64,000 nucleotides of DNA, taken from positions 46,664 through 110,663 of IMG/VR virus record IMGVR_UViG_3300012347_000217. One strand, written 5' to 3'. Below are positions 35,989 to 43,987 of this stretch, in pieces. The stretch is from a virus. Lineage: Duplodnaviria > Heunggongvirae > Uroviricota > Caudoviricetes. Numbering within the stretch: position 1 is the stretch's first letter; the number at the start of each line of letters is the position of its first letter. The notes under the pieces are model-generated. The model did no database searches. It saw only the letters and a program-made list of their open reading frames with translations, and was not told the DNA's origin. The position numbers and the translations under genes are program-made.

Positions 35989-36052
35989 ATATATAATAAC
36001 TGTGAGTGCCAATCGGGCTCACATTTTTAACCTCGCTTTTTAAGGAGCAACT

Positions 36053-36238
36053 ATGACATTTCTAACTACATTCGTCGAATCGGCCGCAGACATTCAAAAG
36101 AACACACTGAAGGTTTTTGTAACTGACGAACAATTCCGTAAGCCACTCGCATCTATCATTGATGCACAAACTGCCTTGGCAAAAGAGTCAATCAAAACTG
36201 CTCAAGGTCTTGTTGGTAAGTTGAAGCTGGCTAGCTAA
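36053..36238 (+). CDS. hypothetical protein
   Basis: 61-aa ORF with RBS AAGGAG. Confidence 0.45.
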   Translation: MTFLTTFVESAADIQKNTLKVFVTDEQFRKPLASIIDAQTALAKESIKTAQGLVGKLKLAS

Positions 36239-36253
36239 TAGCCACATTTTGTT

Positions 36254-36829
36254 ATGATATCTGTGACCAAAACCAATCTTCGCAGATTGGGAGAATACGC
36301 CAAACATCTGAAAGCAATGCCAACTGAGGACCGTGGTTCTCGGTTCGGTTCAGCCATCTCGGATTATGGCATTGACCAAATTATGCTACAAATGGCATAT
36401 CATCCTGATGACCATCAACTGTGGTTTGCCCACAATAATGGTGAGGAGATTCTTGGTTGGGGTCACATGGCACAGTCAAAGCCTGATGTTTGGGAATTGG
36501 CTGTGTCTGTTGAGAAGGCTCACCAACGCAAAGGTGTAGGTGATAAACTAATCACCGAAATGCTTGAGTGGGCCGCATATCACCGCATTGGTGAAGTCTT
36601 CATGCACTGCATCGAAGAAAATAAGGTTATCCAACACCTTGCAACTAAGCATGATTTGAAAACCGTCGAACGTGGCTATGGTGAACGCACAGCCGCAATC
36701 GAAGTACCTGCACCAACATTCCTAGAAATGAATGAACAGTTTATGAAAGAGCAGATGGAAATTCGCACAGAAATCAGACAGCTATATAAGAGGCTGACTG
36801 ATATGTGGGTTAACCCATCCAAAATTTAA
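36254..36829 (+). CDS. GNAT-family N-acetyltransferase
   Basis: acetyl-CoA motif AHQRKGVGDKLI. Confidence 0.6.
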   Translation: MISVTKTNLRRLGEYAKHLKAMPTEDRGSRFGSAISDYGIDQIMLQMAYHPDDHQLWFAHNNGEEILGWGHMAQSKPDVWELAVSVEKAHQRKGVGDKLITEMLEWAAYHRIGEVFMHCIEENKVIQHLATKHDLKTVERGYGERTAAIEVPAPTFLEMNEQFMKEQMEIRTEIRQLYKRLTDMWVNPSKI

Positions 36830-36831
36830 TT

Positions 36832-36972
36832 ATGAGTGATAACTTTGATTTATTTCTGGAACAAGTTAAGATTTACCAAGAAGTTGAACGCATCCGTGTG
36901 AGGCGTAAGATTATTAAAATCTCGGTGGTCGTTCTGTGTGTTGTCGGTGGTTTGTTTTATTATTTTTATTAA
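36832..36972 (+). CDS. small membrane protein (46 aa)
   Basis: C-terminal TM ISVVVLCVVGGLFYYFY; below track cutoff. Confidence 0.3.
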   Translation: MSDNFDLFLEQVKIYQEVERIRVRRKIIKISVVVLCVVGGLFYYFY

Positions 36973-36981
36973 GGAATTCCT

Positions 36982-37278
36982 ATGAGCATGTTTGTTGAAG
37001 TAAATTCGGTTCAACCGAAACATTGTACCCTAATCATTAATTTGGATTACGTACTCGAAATTGCACCTCTGGTGACAGGTGGCTGTGTTATCACAATGGG
37101 TGCAGCCGAAGCAGGTGCCTCACGTAACCTGACTGTGACTGACGACTACGCAGACTTTAAGCAATTCGTATTGCAGAAGGTATCAGCCGATGATATCAAG
37201 AAACGCTTCCCTAAGGCTAAGGTAGCAGAAGATAACATCAAGCCGCAAGAAGAAGGCAAAGGCGTAGAGTTTAAATAA
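36982..37278 (+). CDS. hypothetical protein
   Basis: 98-aa ORF after RBS AAGGAA. Confidence 0.5.
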   Translation: MSMFVEVNSVQPKHCTLIINLDYVLEIAPLVTGGCVITMGAAEAGASRNLTVTDDYADFKQFVLQKVSADDIKKRFPKAKVAEDNIKPQEEGKGVEFK

Positions 37279-37574
37279 TGAACTTCCGTAAATACTACGG
37301 ACCAACCCTTGACTGGATAGCCCATGACTTTAACTCTCACCGAATTCGCTTTTGTATTGAGTTGCTTGCTTGGGCTATTAGCATTGGATGTTCGATTACT
37401 ATGGCTCTCACAGTCCCCAACCCACCGCTTCTGGCTCTTTATCCTATTTGGATTACTGGTTGTGCCTTGTACGCTTGGTCTGCTTGGACTAGGAAATCTT
37501 TTGGCATGTTGGCTAACTACGTTCTGCTAACCACAATCGACACTATTGGCCTAATTCGGATGTTGACAAACTGA
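37278..37574 (+). CDS. membrane protein
   Basis: 98 aa, three hydrophobic helices. Confidence 0.5.
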   Translation: MNFRKYYGPTLDWIAHDFNSHRIRFCIELLAWAISIGCSITMALTVPNPPLLALYPIWITGCALYAWSAWTRKSFGMLANYVLLTTIDTIGLIRMLTN

Positions 37575-37615
37575 ATGGTTCTGTTATAATAGCATCATTG
37601 TAAAACGGAGTTGCT

Positions 37616-38179
37616 ATGAATATCTTTTATCTTCACCACGATCCTGTTCAATGTGCCGAAATGCACAACGACAAGCATTGTATCAAAATGATTCTCGAAT
37701 ATGCTCAACTACTTTCTACCGCTCATAGGGTGCTTGATGGCGTTCCTACTGTTGATAGGGGAACTGCAACTGGCAGACAACGAACCACGTATATACTCGC
37801 TGATAATCGTGATGCTCTGCTTTATCGGGCTACTCATATCAACCATCCTTCAGCAATCTGGTGTCGCCGTGGCAATGCAGAATATGTATGGTTACATTCA
37901 CTCTTAGATGCTCTATGTAAAGAGTATACGTATCGCTACGGTAAAGTTCATAAGTGTGAACGTGACGGCCTAGTTGAAATGCTGAAACGTACACCTGACA
38001 ATATCAAAATGTCGGATCGTTTCACAGAGCCAACACCGGCTATGCCAGATGAAATCAAAATTGCAGGTAACAGCATTGCCTCGTACCGCAACTACTACAC
38101 AAAAAGTAAAACACATCTTGCATCATGGCAAGGTAAATTCAATTCACGTTCAATCCCGGAGTGGTATAATGTCCAATAA
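37616..38179 (+). CDS. hypothetical protein
   Basis: 187-aa ORF; extended -10 TGTTATAAT at 37584-37592. Confidence 0.55.
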   Translation: MNIFYLHHDPVQCAEMHNDKHCIKMILEYAQLLSTAHRVLDGVPTVDRGTATGRQRTTYILADNRDALLYRATHINHPSAIWCRRGNAEYVWLHSLLDALCKEYTYRYGKVHKCERDGLVEMLKRTPDNIKMSDRFTEPTPAMPDEIKIAGNSIASYRNYYTKSKTHLASWQGKFNSRSIPEWYNVQ

Positions 38180-38618
38180 TTTTTCGGTCGGTGACCGAGT
38201 ACGAGCAACTATGCAAGCTGGCTTCCATAAAGGTGCCGAAGGTGTAATCAACTATATTGAGCCAGCAGGTAAATGTTGGGTTCGCCGTGATGGTGCAAGT
38301 TCTGATATTTGGTATGATGCAGGTGAATTGGAACTATTGAGGCCATTTAAAAGACGCAATCGTGAACGTGTCATGGATGTTCTGCAAGAAGAATGTGCAG
38401 AGGTTATTCAGGCAGTATCGAAGATTCGCCGTTTTGGTTTAGAAGAATCATGGAACTCTACCACCAATAAACAAGCACTCATTACAGAAATTGGTGATGT
38501 TCTTGCCATTGTGGACATTCTTGTCGAGGAAACTGATATAAATATTGATAGACTGCAAATCGAATTGGCTATCAAGGCCAAGAAGAAGAAGCTAGAGATT
38601 TTCTTACCTTACGAATAA
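38170..38618 (+). CDS. MazG-like nucleotide pyrophosphohydrolase with N-terminal KOW/SH3-like segment
   Basis: LQEECAEVIQA ... EIGDVLAIVDIL (EExxE / ExxD pair typical of MazG); start at 38170 (MSNNFSVGD). Confidence 0.55.
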
Positions 38619-38620
38619 TT

Positions 38621-38896
38621 ATGATTTACACATTTATGAACACAACGACCGGAAACATCGAAGAACACACGATGCGACTTTCCGAGTACGATAAATTCAA
38701 AGAAGACAACCCCCACCTAGAACGATATTTCACACCTGAACAATGTCCAGGTCTGGGTGATGGTATGCGCATGGATACTCCCGGTACGGGAAAGTCGGAT
38801 TCTACCTTTGAGAAGTATGTCATCCAACGCATGAAAGATACAATTCCTGGTAATACAATGGGAGGTCATAAGACCAAATTACCAAGAGAATGGTAA
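38621..38896 (+). CDS. hypothetical protein
   Basis: 91-aa ORF. Confidence 0.45.
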   Translation: MIYTFMNTTTGNIEEHTMRLSEYDKFKEDNPHLERYFTPEQCPGLGDGMRMDTPGTGKSDSTFEKYVIQRMKDTIPGNTMGGHKTKLPREW

Positions 38897-38921
38897 GATT
38901 TTTTAAACTACAAAGGGAAAC

Positions 38922-39683
38922 ATGGTTACTAAAAAAACAACAACCAAAACTCGTGAAGAATTTATTGAGAACTCTGAGCAGACAACAAGACACCAACCAG
39001 TTTCAAACAGTCTAAAGATTAAATTAGACCACATGCTGACATTCGAGGCTTTGACTTCTAATCAGCAAAAATTCTTTGATGCGTACCGACAAGGTGATTA
39101 CTTCATCGGTCTATATGGATCTCCAGGTGTAGGTAAGACCTTCTTGGCACTATATCGTGGACTCGAAGAAGTGTTAGACAAAACAAATCCGTTCAAGCAA
39201 CTTGTGGTTGTTCGTTCGGCTGTACAGACTAGAGACCAAGGATATGTTCCTGGTACTTTGGATGAAAAGATGGAGATTTACGAAACTCCATACAAAGAAA
39301 TTTGTGAAACATTATTCAAACGTCCTGATGCTTGGGATAGATTGAAGGAGCAAGGCCATGCTAGATTCATTTCTACTACTGCAATTCGTGGGATTTCTAT
39401 TGATGATGCTATTATTGTGGTTGATGAATCGCAATCTATGACCTTCCATGAGTTGTCGTCCGTTATCTCTCGTGTCGGGCACCGCTCAAAGATTATCTTC
39501 ATTGGTGACCTAAAACAGAATGACTTACTCAAGTCCAAGTATGATGTATCAGGTCTCAAAGAGTTCTTGCAGGTTGCAGAATCTATGAAAGAGTACACAC
39601 AAATCACATTCACACCAGATGATATCGTTCGTTCATCACTGGTGAAGTCTTGGATTGTTGCATGTGATAAGTTGGGCTTCTAA
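38922..39683 (+). CDS. phoH: PhoH-like ATPase
   Basis: Walker A GLYGSPGVGKTFLAL, Walker B IIVVDESQ and IFIGDLKQNDL (PhoH GDxxQxDL motif). Confidence 0.8.
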   Translation: MVTKKTTTKTREEFIENSEQTTRHQPVSNSLKIKLDHMLTFEALTSNQQKFFDAYRQGDYFIGLYGSPGVGKTFLALYRGLEEVLDKTNPFKQLVVVRSAVQTRDQGYVPGTLDEKMEIYETPYKEICETLFKRPDAWDRLKEQGHARFISTTAIRGISIDDAIIVVDESQSMTFHELSSVISRVGHRSKIIFIGDLKQNDLLKSKYDVSGLKEFLQVAESMKEYTQITFTPDDIVRSSLVKSWIVACDKLGF

Positions 39684-40345
39684 TGTTATTCAACCATTGT
39701 CCGCCTATGAAACTCCCCGACCTTGTCTCTGCGACAGGTTCGGATGGTAAAAGGTATTATACAACACCATCAGGTGTGAAACTTCCTTCTGTCACGACTG
39801 TGGTTGGAGCCATGAAAAAGGCTTCTATTATGGAATGGCGGAATGCTGTTGGTCCGGAAGAAGCTAATCGTGTATCACGTGCAGCCTCAGGTCGTGGTAA
39901 CCGTGTACATAATCTAGCCGAGAAGTACCTCAGGAATGAGCCGATTCAATGGCTGAAAGAAATGCCTGACTCTACGGTTATGTTCCGTTCCCTCATTCCA
40001 CACATGGAACGTATCAACAACATCCACTACATCGAACAGGCTCTATGGTCTGAGAATGTCGGTATGGCTGGTCGTGTTGACCTGATTGCGGAATGGGACG
40101 GTGTACTGTCGGTAATTGACTGGAAGACTTCATCCAAGGTCAAAACTCTGGCAGATATTCCAGATTACATGGCACAGTGTGTGGCCTATGCAGCGATGTA
40201 TCAGGAACACGTAGGTGTCTCGATTGACCAAATCGTTATTGTCATGGCGGTGGAGCAGGCACCACCCATTATTTTCATTGAGAAGACTGAGGATCATATA
40301 AATACTCTGGTAGAACATATCAAGTATTATAGGAACCAGCAATGA
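39683..40345 (+). CDS. PD-(D/E)xK (YqaJ/lambda-exonuclease-like) nuclease
   Basis: GRVDLIAEWDGVLSVIDWKTS contains D...E.D and the DWK catalytic triad pattern. Confidence 0.55.
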   Translation: MLFNHCPPMKLPDLVSATGSDGKRYYTTPSGVKLPSVTTVVGAMKKASIMEWRNAVGPEEANRVSRAASGRGNRVHNLAEKYLRNEPIQWLKEMPDSTVMFRSLIPHMERINNIHYIEQALWSENVGMAGRVDLIAEWDGVLSVIDWKTSSKVKTLADIPDYMAQCVAYAAMYQEHVGVSIDQIVIVMAVEQAPPIIFIEKTEDHINTLVEHIKYYRNQQ

Positions 40346-41280
40346 CGACACCAGCAGGACAGATATCATTTAATGATATTAACGTTGAACTTGGAGTTAC
40401 GGGAACAACCACACGCACATTCAATGACACAGTGTTGCGTCAACTTTTTGGCCAGACCACAGGAACTGTAGATATTAATACTGGTCGTGGTAAGAACAAA
40501 AACGTGGTCGCCTCAGGCGGTACTGTAACAACGACCGGTGGATATCGTTACCACACATTCCTATCAACAGGAACGTTAAGTGTTACTGGATTACCGGTAA
40601 CACAGTCTTTTGAAGTGTTGGTTGTAGCTGGCGGTGGCGGCGGCTCAGGTAAACGTGGTTCTGGTGGTGGCGGTGGCGGTGTATCATTAACAACACTGTC
40701 TTCGCTTTCTACAGGTAACCACACAGTTAACGTGGGAGCTGGTGGTAGTGGAACAGGTGACGTATTTTCGAAGGGTGGTACAGGCGGAACATCCTCATTT
40801 GTAAGTCCATCGAGTGTAACTCTAGCCAGTAACGGTGGCGGTGGCGGCGGTGGAGGAAGTTCAGGTTCATCAGGTAGCGGTGCATCACCGAACGGTTCTG
40901 GTGCCGGTGGCCGATGGCTTGAACAAGGTGGTAACTACACCACATCTCCTGGTACAGGTAACGGAACAGGTGGTAATGGTGGTTCATACAGCGGCTTCGG
41001 CGGCGGTGGCGGCGGTGGCTCAGGTAATCACAATGGTGGAACTGGACCTTCTGGTGCAGGCGGTGCAGGTAATAGCACATGGTCAGCTTGGGGAACTACT
41101 ACAGGTACCTCAACGGCACCTGGAGCCGGTGGTGATGGTGGTGCCGCATATGGTGGTTCCGCATCTGTTGCAGGCGGCACGAATACAGGTAATGGTGCTA
41201 CTGGCGCAGGTGATAATCCTGGTTGGACTGGTGCAGCCGGTGGTTCAGGCTTTGTTATCGTTCGTTATCCATACAACTGA
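40342..41280 (+). CDS. glycine-rich protein (paralogue of 41691..42647), possible fibre/structural protein
   Basis: N-terminus ISFNDINVELGVTGTT then long GGGGSG/GGTGG tracts; 312 aa. Confidence 0.55.
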   Translation: MTTPAGQISFNDINVELGVTGTTTRTFNDTVLRQLFGQTTGTVDINTGRGKNKNVVASGGTVTTTGGYRYHTFLSTGTLSVTGLPVTQSFEVLVVAGGGGGSGKRGSGGGGGGVSLTTLSSLSTGNHTVNVGAGGSGTGDVFSKGGTGGTSSFVSPSSVTLASNGGGGGGGGSSGSSGSGASPNGSGAGGRWLEQGGNYTTSPGTGNGTGGNGGSYSGFGGGGGGGSGNHNGGTGPSGAGGAGNSTWSAWGTTTGTSTAPGAGGDGGAAYGGSASVAGGTNTGNGATGAGDNPGWTGAAGGSGFVIVRYPYN

Positions 41281-41291
41281 TAGGGAAAAAC

Positions 41292-41633
41292 ATGGCACAT
41301 TTTGCTAAAATTGAAAATAATATTGTAACTCAAGTTATAGTTGCCGAACAGGACGTTATTGACACCTTTCCAGGAACTTGGGTACAAACATCATATAATA
41401 CACTTTTAGGTGAACACAAATTGGGTGGAACACCATTGCGAAAAAACTATGCTGGTATCGGATACACTTACGATTCGGTGCGTGATGCTTTTATTCCACC
41501 AAAAACATATGATAGTTGGATTTTAGATGAAAGTACTTGTTGGTGGAAAGCACCAATTGCATATCCAACCGATGGTAAAGAGTATATTTGGAATGAAACA
41601 ATCCGAAACTGGGTACCTGTCTCAGATACCTAA
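41292..41633 (+). CDS. hypothetical protein following the first Gly-rich gene
   Basis: ATG 41292 (MAHFAKIENNIV) inside track ORF 41223..41633. Confidence 0.45.
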   Translation: MAHFAKIENNIVTQVIVAEQDVIDTFPGTWVQTSYNTLLGEHKLGGTPLRKNYAGIGYTYDSVRDAFIPPKTYDSWILDESTCWWKAPIAYPTDGKEYIWNETIRNWVPVSDT

Positions 41634-41690
41634 AATTTACAAAAGGTAAGTCATGCACTTAACACAAGAACTGTATAAAGGTCTAGATAA

Positions 41691-42647
41691 ATGGCTTTAG
41701 GCACAACAAATATAAGTTTATCATCAATAAATCGTGAATTTGAACGAACTGGAACACAACAGATAACAATGTCTGATACCAGACTCAAAGCTATGGCCGC
41801 AGCGGGCGCAAGCACCAATATTACATTTTCGGGTATGCAGAATAAAGCAGGAATGTGTAACCTGACAATATCAACGGCACAAAGCGTACAATATAATGTG
41901 GCCGCTCAGGCTGCCTCGGCAGGATACAATAGAACATATCAAAAAATTAACGTTGTAGTTAATTCTGGTATCACTGTTTACGGTGGACAAAATGCAAACT
42001 ATCCAGCAGCAATATTATTCAATGGCTTATGGATGGGTGGTGCAAACAATCAACCATACGGAATACAATTAACTAATAATGGTACTATTGTCGGCCAAGG
42101 CGGCGCAGGCGCACAAGGTGCCTATTCATATTCTATTGCCGGTGGCGGAGATTTTGGTGGACCAGGAGCTTCAGGATCTCCATCAATAAGGGCCGAAGGT
42201 TGTACTGTCACTGTAATTAACAATGGTTCAATGGTTGGTGCTTCCGCAGGTGGAGCAGGTGGCCAAGGTTCTGGTGGATTCTCCAGTGGACCATGGAATA
42301 GTGGCGGCGGTGGTGGTGGCGGAGCACCACACGGTGCAGGTGGAGCAGGTGGCGCCGTACAAGCTGGTGGTGGAACAGGAGCATCAGGCGGAACTGCTAC
42401 ATACTCGAATGGTGGCGCAGGCGGTTCTCCAGCATTGAGTGGTGCCGGCGCAGGTTATGCTGGTGGTAATTTTGGTGCTCTTTCTGGAGGAGGCATTCCA
42501 TTGGCCACATACATAGCAAACCTAAATGCAATGACTAGATGTGATGGATATGCACAAACGCCGGCACCTTGCGTCAGCTCCAATGGAATTAGTCCAGGTG
42601 CAATAGTTTGGCAAGTAACAGGAACAAGAATAGGAGTAATATCATAA
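41691..42647 (+). CDS. glycine-rich protein (paralogue of 40342..41280)
   Basis: N-terminus ISLSSINREFERTGTQQI parallels ISFNDINVELGVTGTTT; GGxGG tracts; 318 aa. Confidence 0.55.
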   Translation: MALGTTNISLSSINREFERTGTQQITMSDTRLKAMAAAGASTNITFSGMQNKAGMCNLTISTAQSVQYNVAAQAASAGYNRTYQKINVVVNSGITVYGGQNANYPAAILFNGLWMGGANNQPYGIQLTNNGTIVGQGGAGAQGAYSYSIAGGGDFGGPGASGSPSIRAEGCTVTVINNGSMVGASAGGAGGQGSGGFSSGPWNSGGGGGGGAPHGAGGAGGAVQAGGGTGASGGTATYSNGGAGGSPALSGAGAGYAGGNFGALSGGGIPLATYIANLNAMTRCDGYAQTPAPCVSSNGISPGAIVWQVTGTRIGVIS

Positions 42648-42889
42648 TGGAAAAACAAGTAACATACGAAGTACTACAAGTAGATGAAGTAAATCATTGC
42701 ATGTTGGTAGAATATAGATCCGAAGGTCGTGAATCTATTCAAGTAAGCATGAGAATTCCACTGCAAGGTGAAAATGCAGAATCAGTTATTGCATCATATT
42801 CTCCATTGGATGTTTGGCTTCTGAGAGAAGCCGCTAAACAGACGATTGAAGTTGGTCGAACAGGTACGTTCGGTGGACCACAAGCATAA
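42648..42889 (+). CDS. hypothetical protein following the second Gly-rich gene
   Basis: ATG 42648 (MEKQVTYEVLQV). Confidence 0.4.
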
Positions 42890-42919
42890 ATACCACAATA
42901 ACAATAATAGAGGCAAGTC

Positions 42920-43609
42920 ATGTACTTAACAGAAGAAGAAATCCAACAAAGACAAGATACATTTTTAGAGTTCATCCAAACTATGGCCGACGAGCTTTAT
43001 GAAGGTTTGGATGAAGAATACGAATTGACTGAAGAAGATGCTTATTTGGCATCTATTATGATGGAACATTTCGTAGATAATTACACCCAATTGACACTTA
43101 AAGAATCTGCAACATTGGCGCTAACTGGCCAAGAAGATCCTAACCAAGAACTGTTTGAAGAATTCATTGAAATGGCTCTCGACGAATCTATTGGTGGTGC
43201 AGTTGCTGGTGTCGTTCACGGTATCAAGAATTTACTATCTCGCCGCAAAGCTAAGAAGGCATCCGCAGGTGCAGCCGGCGCAAAAGCCTCTGCTAATGTA
43301 ATCAAAGCAAAAGCAGCCAAGGCAGACAAAGATGCTAAAGGTTCAAAAGGTTTGGTTGGTGTATTCAAGCAAGCCAAGGCTGCTAAATTAGCAGCACGCC
43401 ATGACAAGTCTATCGACAAATCAGCGGCTGCACAGAACGCAGCACGAGCGGCAAGCAGACAACACCGTTCTTCATTGAAAGCACGTGCTAGCCTAAAGAG
43501 CAAAATCGACACTGGTATCTCTAACGTCAAGAAAAAGGTTGTTGGTGCTGTCAAATCTGGTGCAGAGAAGGTTGCTTCCGCAGCAGGTCGTGTCGCAGGT
43601 TCATTCTAA
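42920..43609 (+). CDS. protein with acidic N-terminal half and Lys/Ala-rich histone-H1-like C-terminal tail
   Basis: 229 aa; C-terminal AKKASAGAAGAKASANVIKAKAAKADKDAKGSKG... Confidence 0.5.
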   Translation: MYLTEEEIQQRQDTFLEFIQTMADELYEGLDEEYELTEEDAYLASIMMEHFVDNYTQLTLKESATLALTGQEDPNQELFEEFIEMALDESIGGAVAGVVHGIKNLLSRRKAKKASAGAAGAKASANVIKAKAAKADKDAKGSKGLVGVFKQAKAAKLAARHDKSIDKSAAAQNAARAASRQHRSSLKARASLKSKIDTGISNVKKKVVGAVKSGAEKVASAAGRVAGSF

Positions 43610-43612
43610 GAC

Positions 43613-43641
43613 TTGACAAAGAATTCGGAGTATGTTATACT
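43613..43641 (+). promoter_or_regulatory. consensus sigma70 promoter (TTGACA 43613-43618, 17-nt spacer, TATACT 43636-43641) driving the tmRNA-like locus
   Basis: read directly. Confidence 0.6.
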
Positions 43642-43647
43642 CCGTTT

Positions 43648-43714
43648 CAATGATAGTAAACTTGGTATAAGAAAAGTATTCTGGACGGGGGTTCGAATCC
43701 CCCCATCTCCACCA
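43648..43714 (+). ncRNA. ssrA: tmRNA acceptor piece (T-arm GGGGG-TTCGAAT-CCCCC, 3' acceptor strand CATCTCC, discriminator A, CCA) of a permuted two-piece tmRNA
   Basis: sequence ...TATTCTGGAC GGGGG TTCGAAT CCCCC CATCTCC A CCA ends at 43714, parallels the E. coli tmRNA 3' end; 5' boundary uncertain. Confidence 0.6.
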
Positions 43715-43799
43715 TAAAGCATATTGAGTGTTCTGCAGGACACGGCATTACCAGTAATGGCGCCACTACACAAGATGTAGGTTCAGTATGTTTTATAAT

Positions 43800-43975
43800 G
43801 GGGATGCACTTGGTTTCGACAGGGTAACAAGTACGATATTCGGCTATCCGTCAGAGTTGACGTAAACACTAAATCAAAATAAATGCAAATGACGAAAGTT
43901 ACGCATTGGCAGCCTAAACGCTGACTAGGGTTTTTGACAGTTTGTCCTCGTAACAGAATCAAACTGTCTTTTCAA
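43800..43975 (+). ncRNA. ssrA: tmRNA coding piece (5' acceptor GGGGATG, CACTTGGTTTCGACAGGG, tag ORF 43885-43917 encoding ANDESYALAA)
   Basis: GGGGATGCACTTGGTTTCGACAGGG vs E. coli GGGGCUGAUUCUGGAUUCGACGGG; GGGGATG pairs 7/7 with CATCTCC of the upstream piece including a G3-U70 wobble; GCAAATGACGAAAGTTACGCATTGGCAGCCTAA translates to ANDESYALAA stop; 3' boundary uncertain. Confidence 0.6.
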
Positions 43976-43987
43976 CAGAGGAGAACT

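Noticed and set aside
37616-38179. Possible T4 endonuclease V (DenV)-like pyrimidine-dimer glycosylase
   Set aside because: The N-terminus (MNIFYLHHDPVQCAEMHNDKHCIKMILEYAQLL) has only vague pattern similarity to DenV ([24 protein letters not shown]). Left as hypothetical.
40727-41308. Long antisense and alternative-frame ORFs (40727..41080 -, 40835..41308 +) inside the first Gly-rich gene; similarly 42223..42438 and 42455..42658 in the second
   Set aside because: These are by-products of GGT/GGC-rich repetitive coding sequence. The sense Gly-rich frame is continuous, has an RBS and is paralogous between the two genes.
43687-43714. Stand-alone tRNA gene ending in the GGGGGTTCGAATCCCCC T-arm and CCA
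   Set aside because: No matching 5' acceptor strand, D-arm or anticodon arm lies upstream within tRNA distance. The only complementary 5' strand (GGGGATG) lies downstream at 43800 and is followed by a tmRNA-type tag ORF. The element is therefore interpreted as a permuted tmRNA piece.
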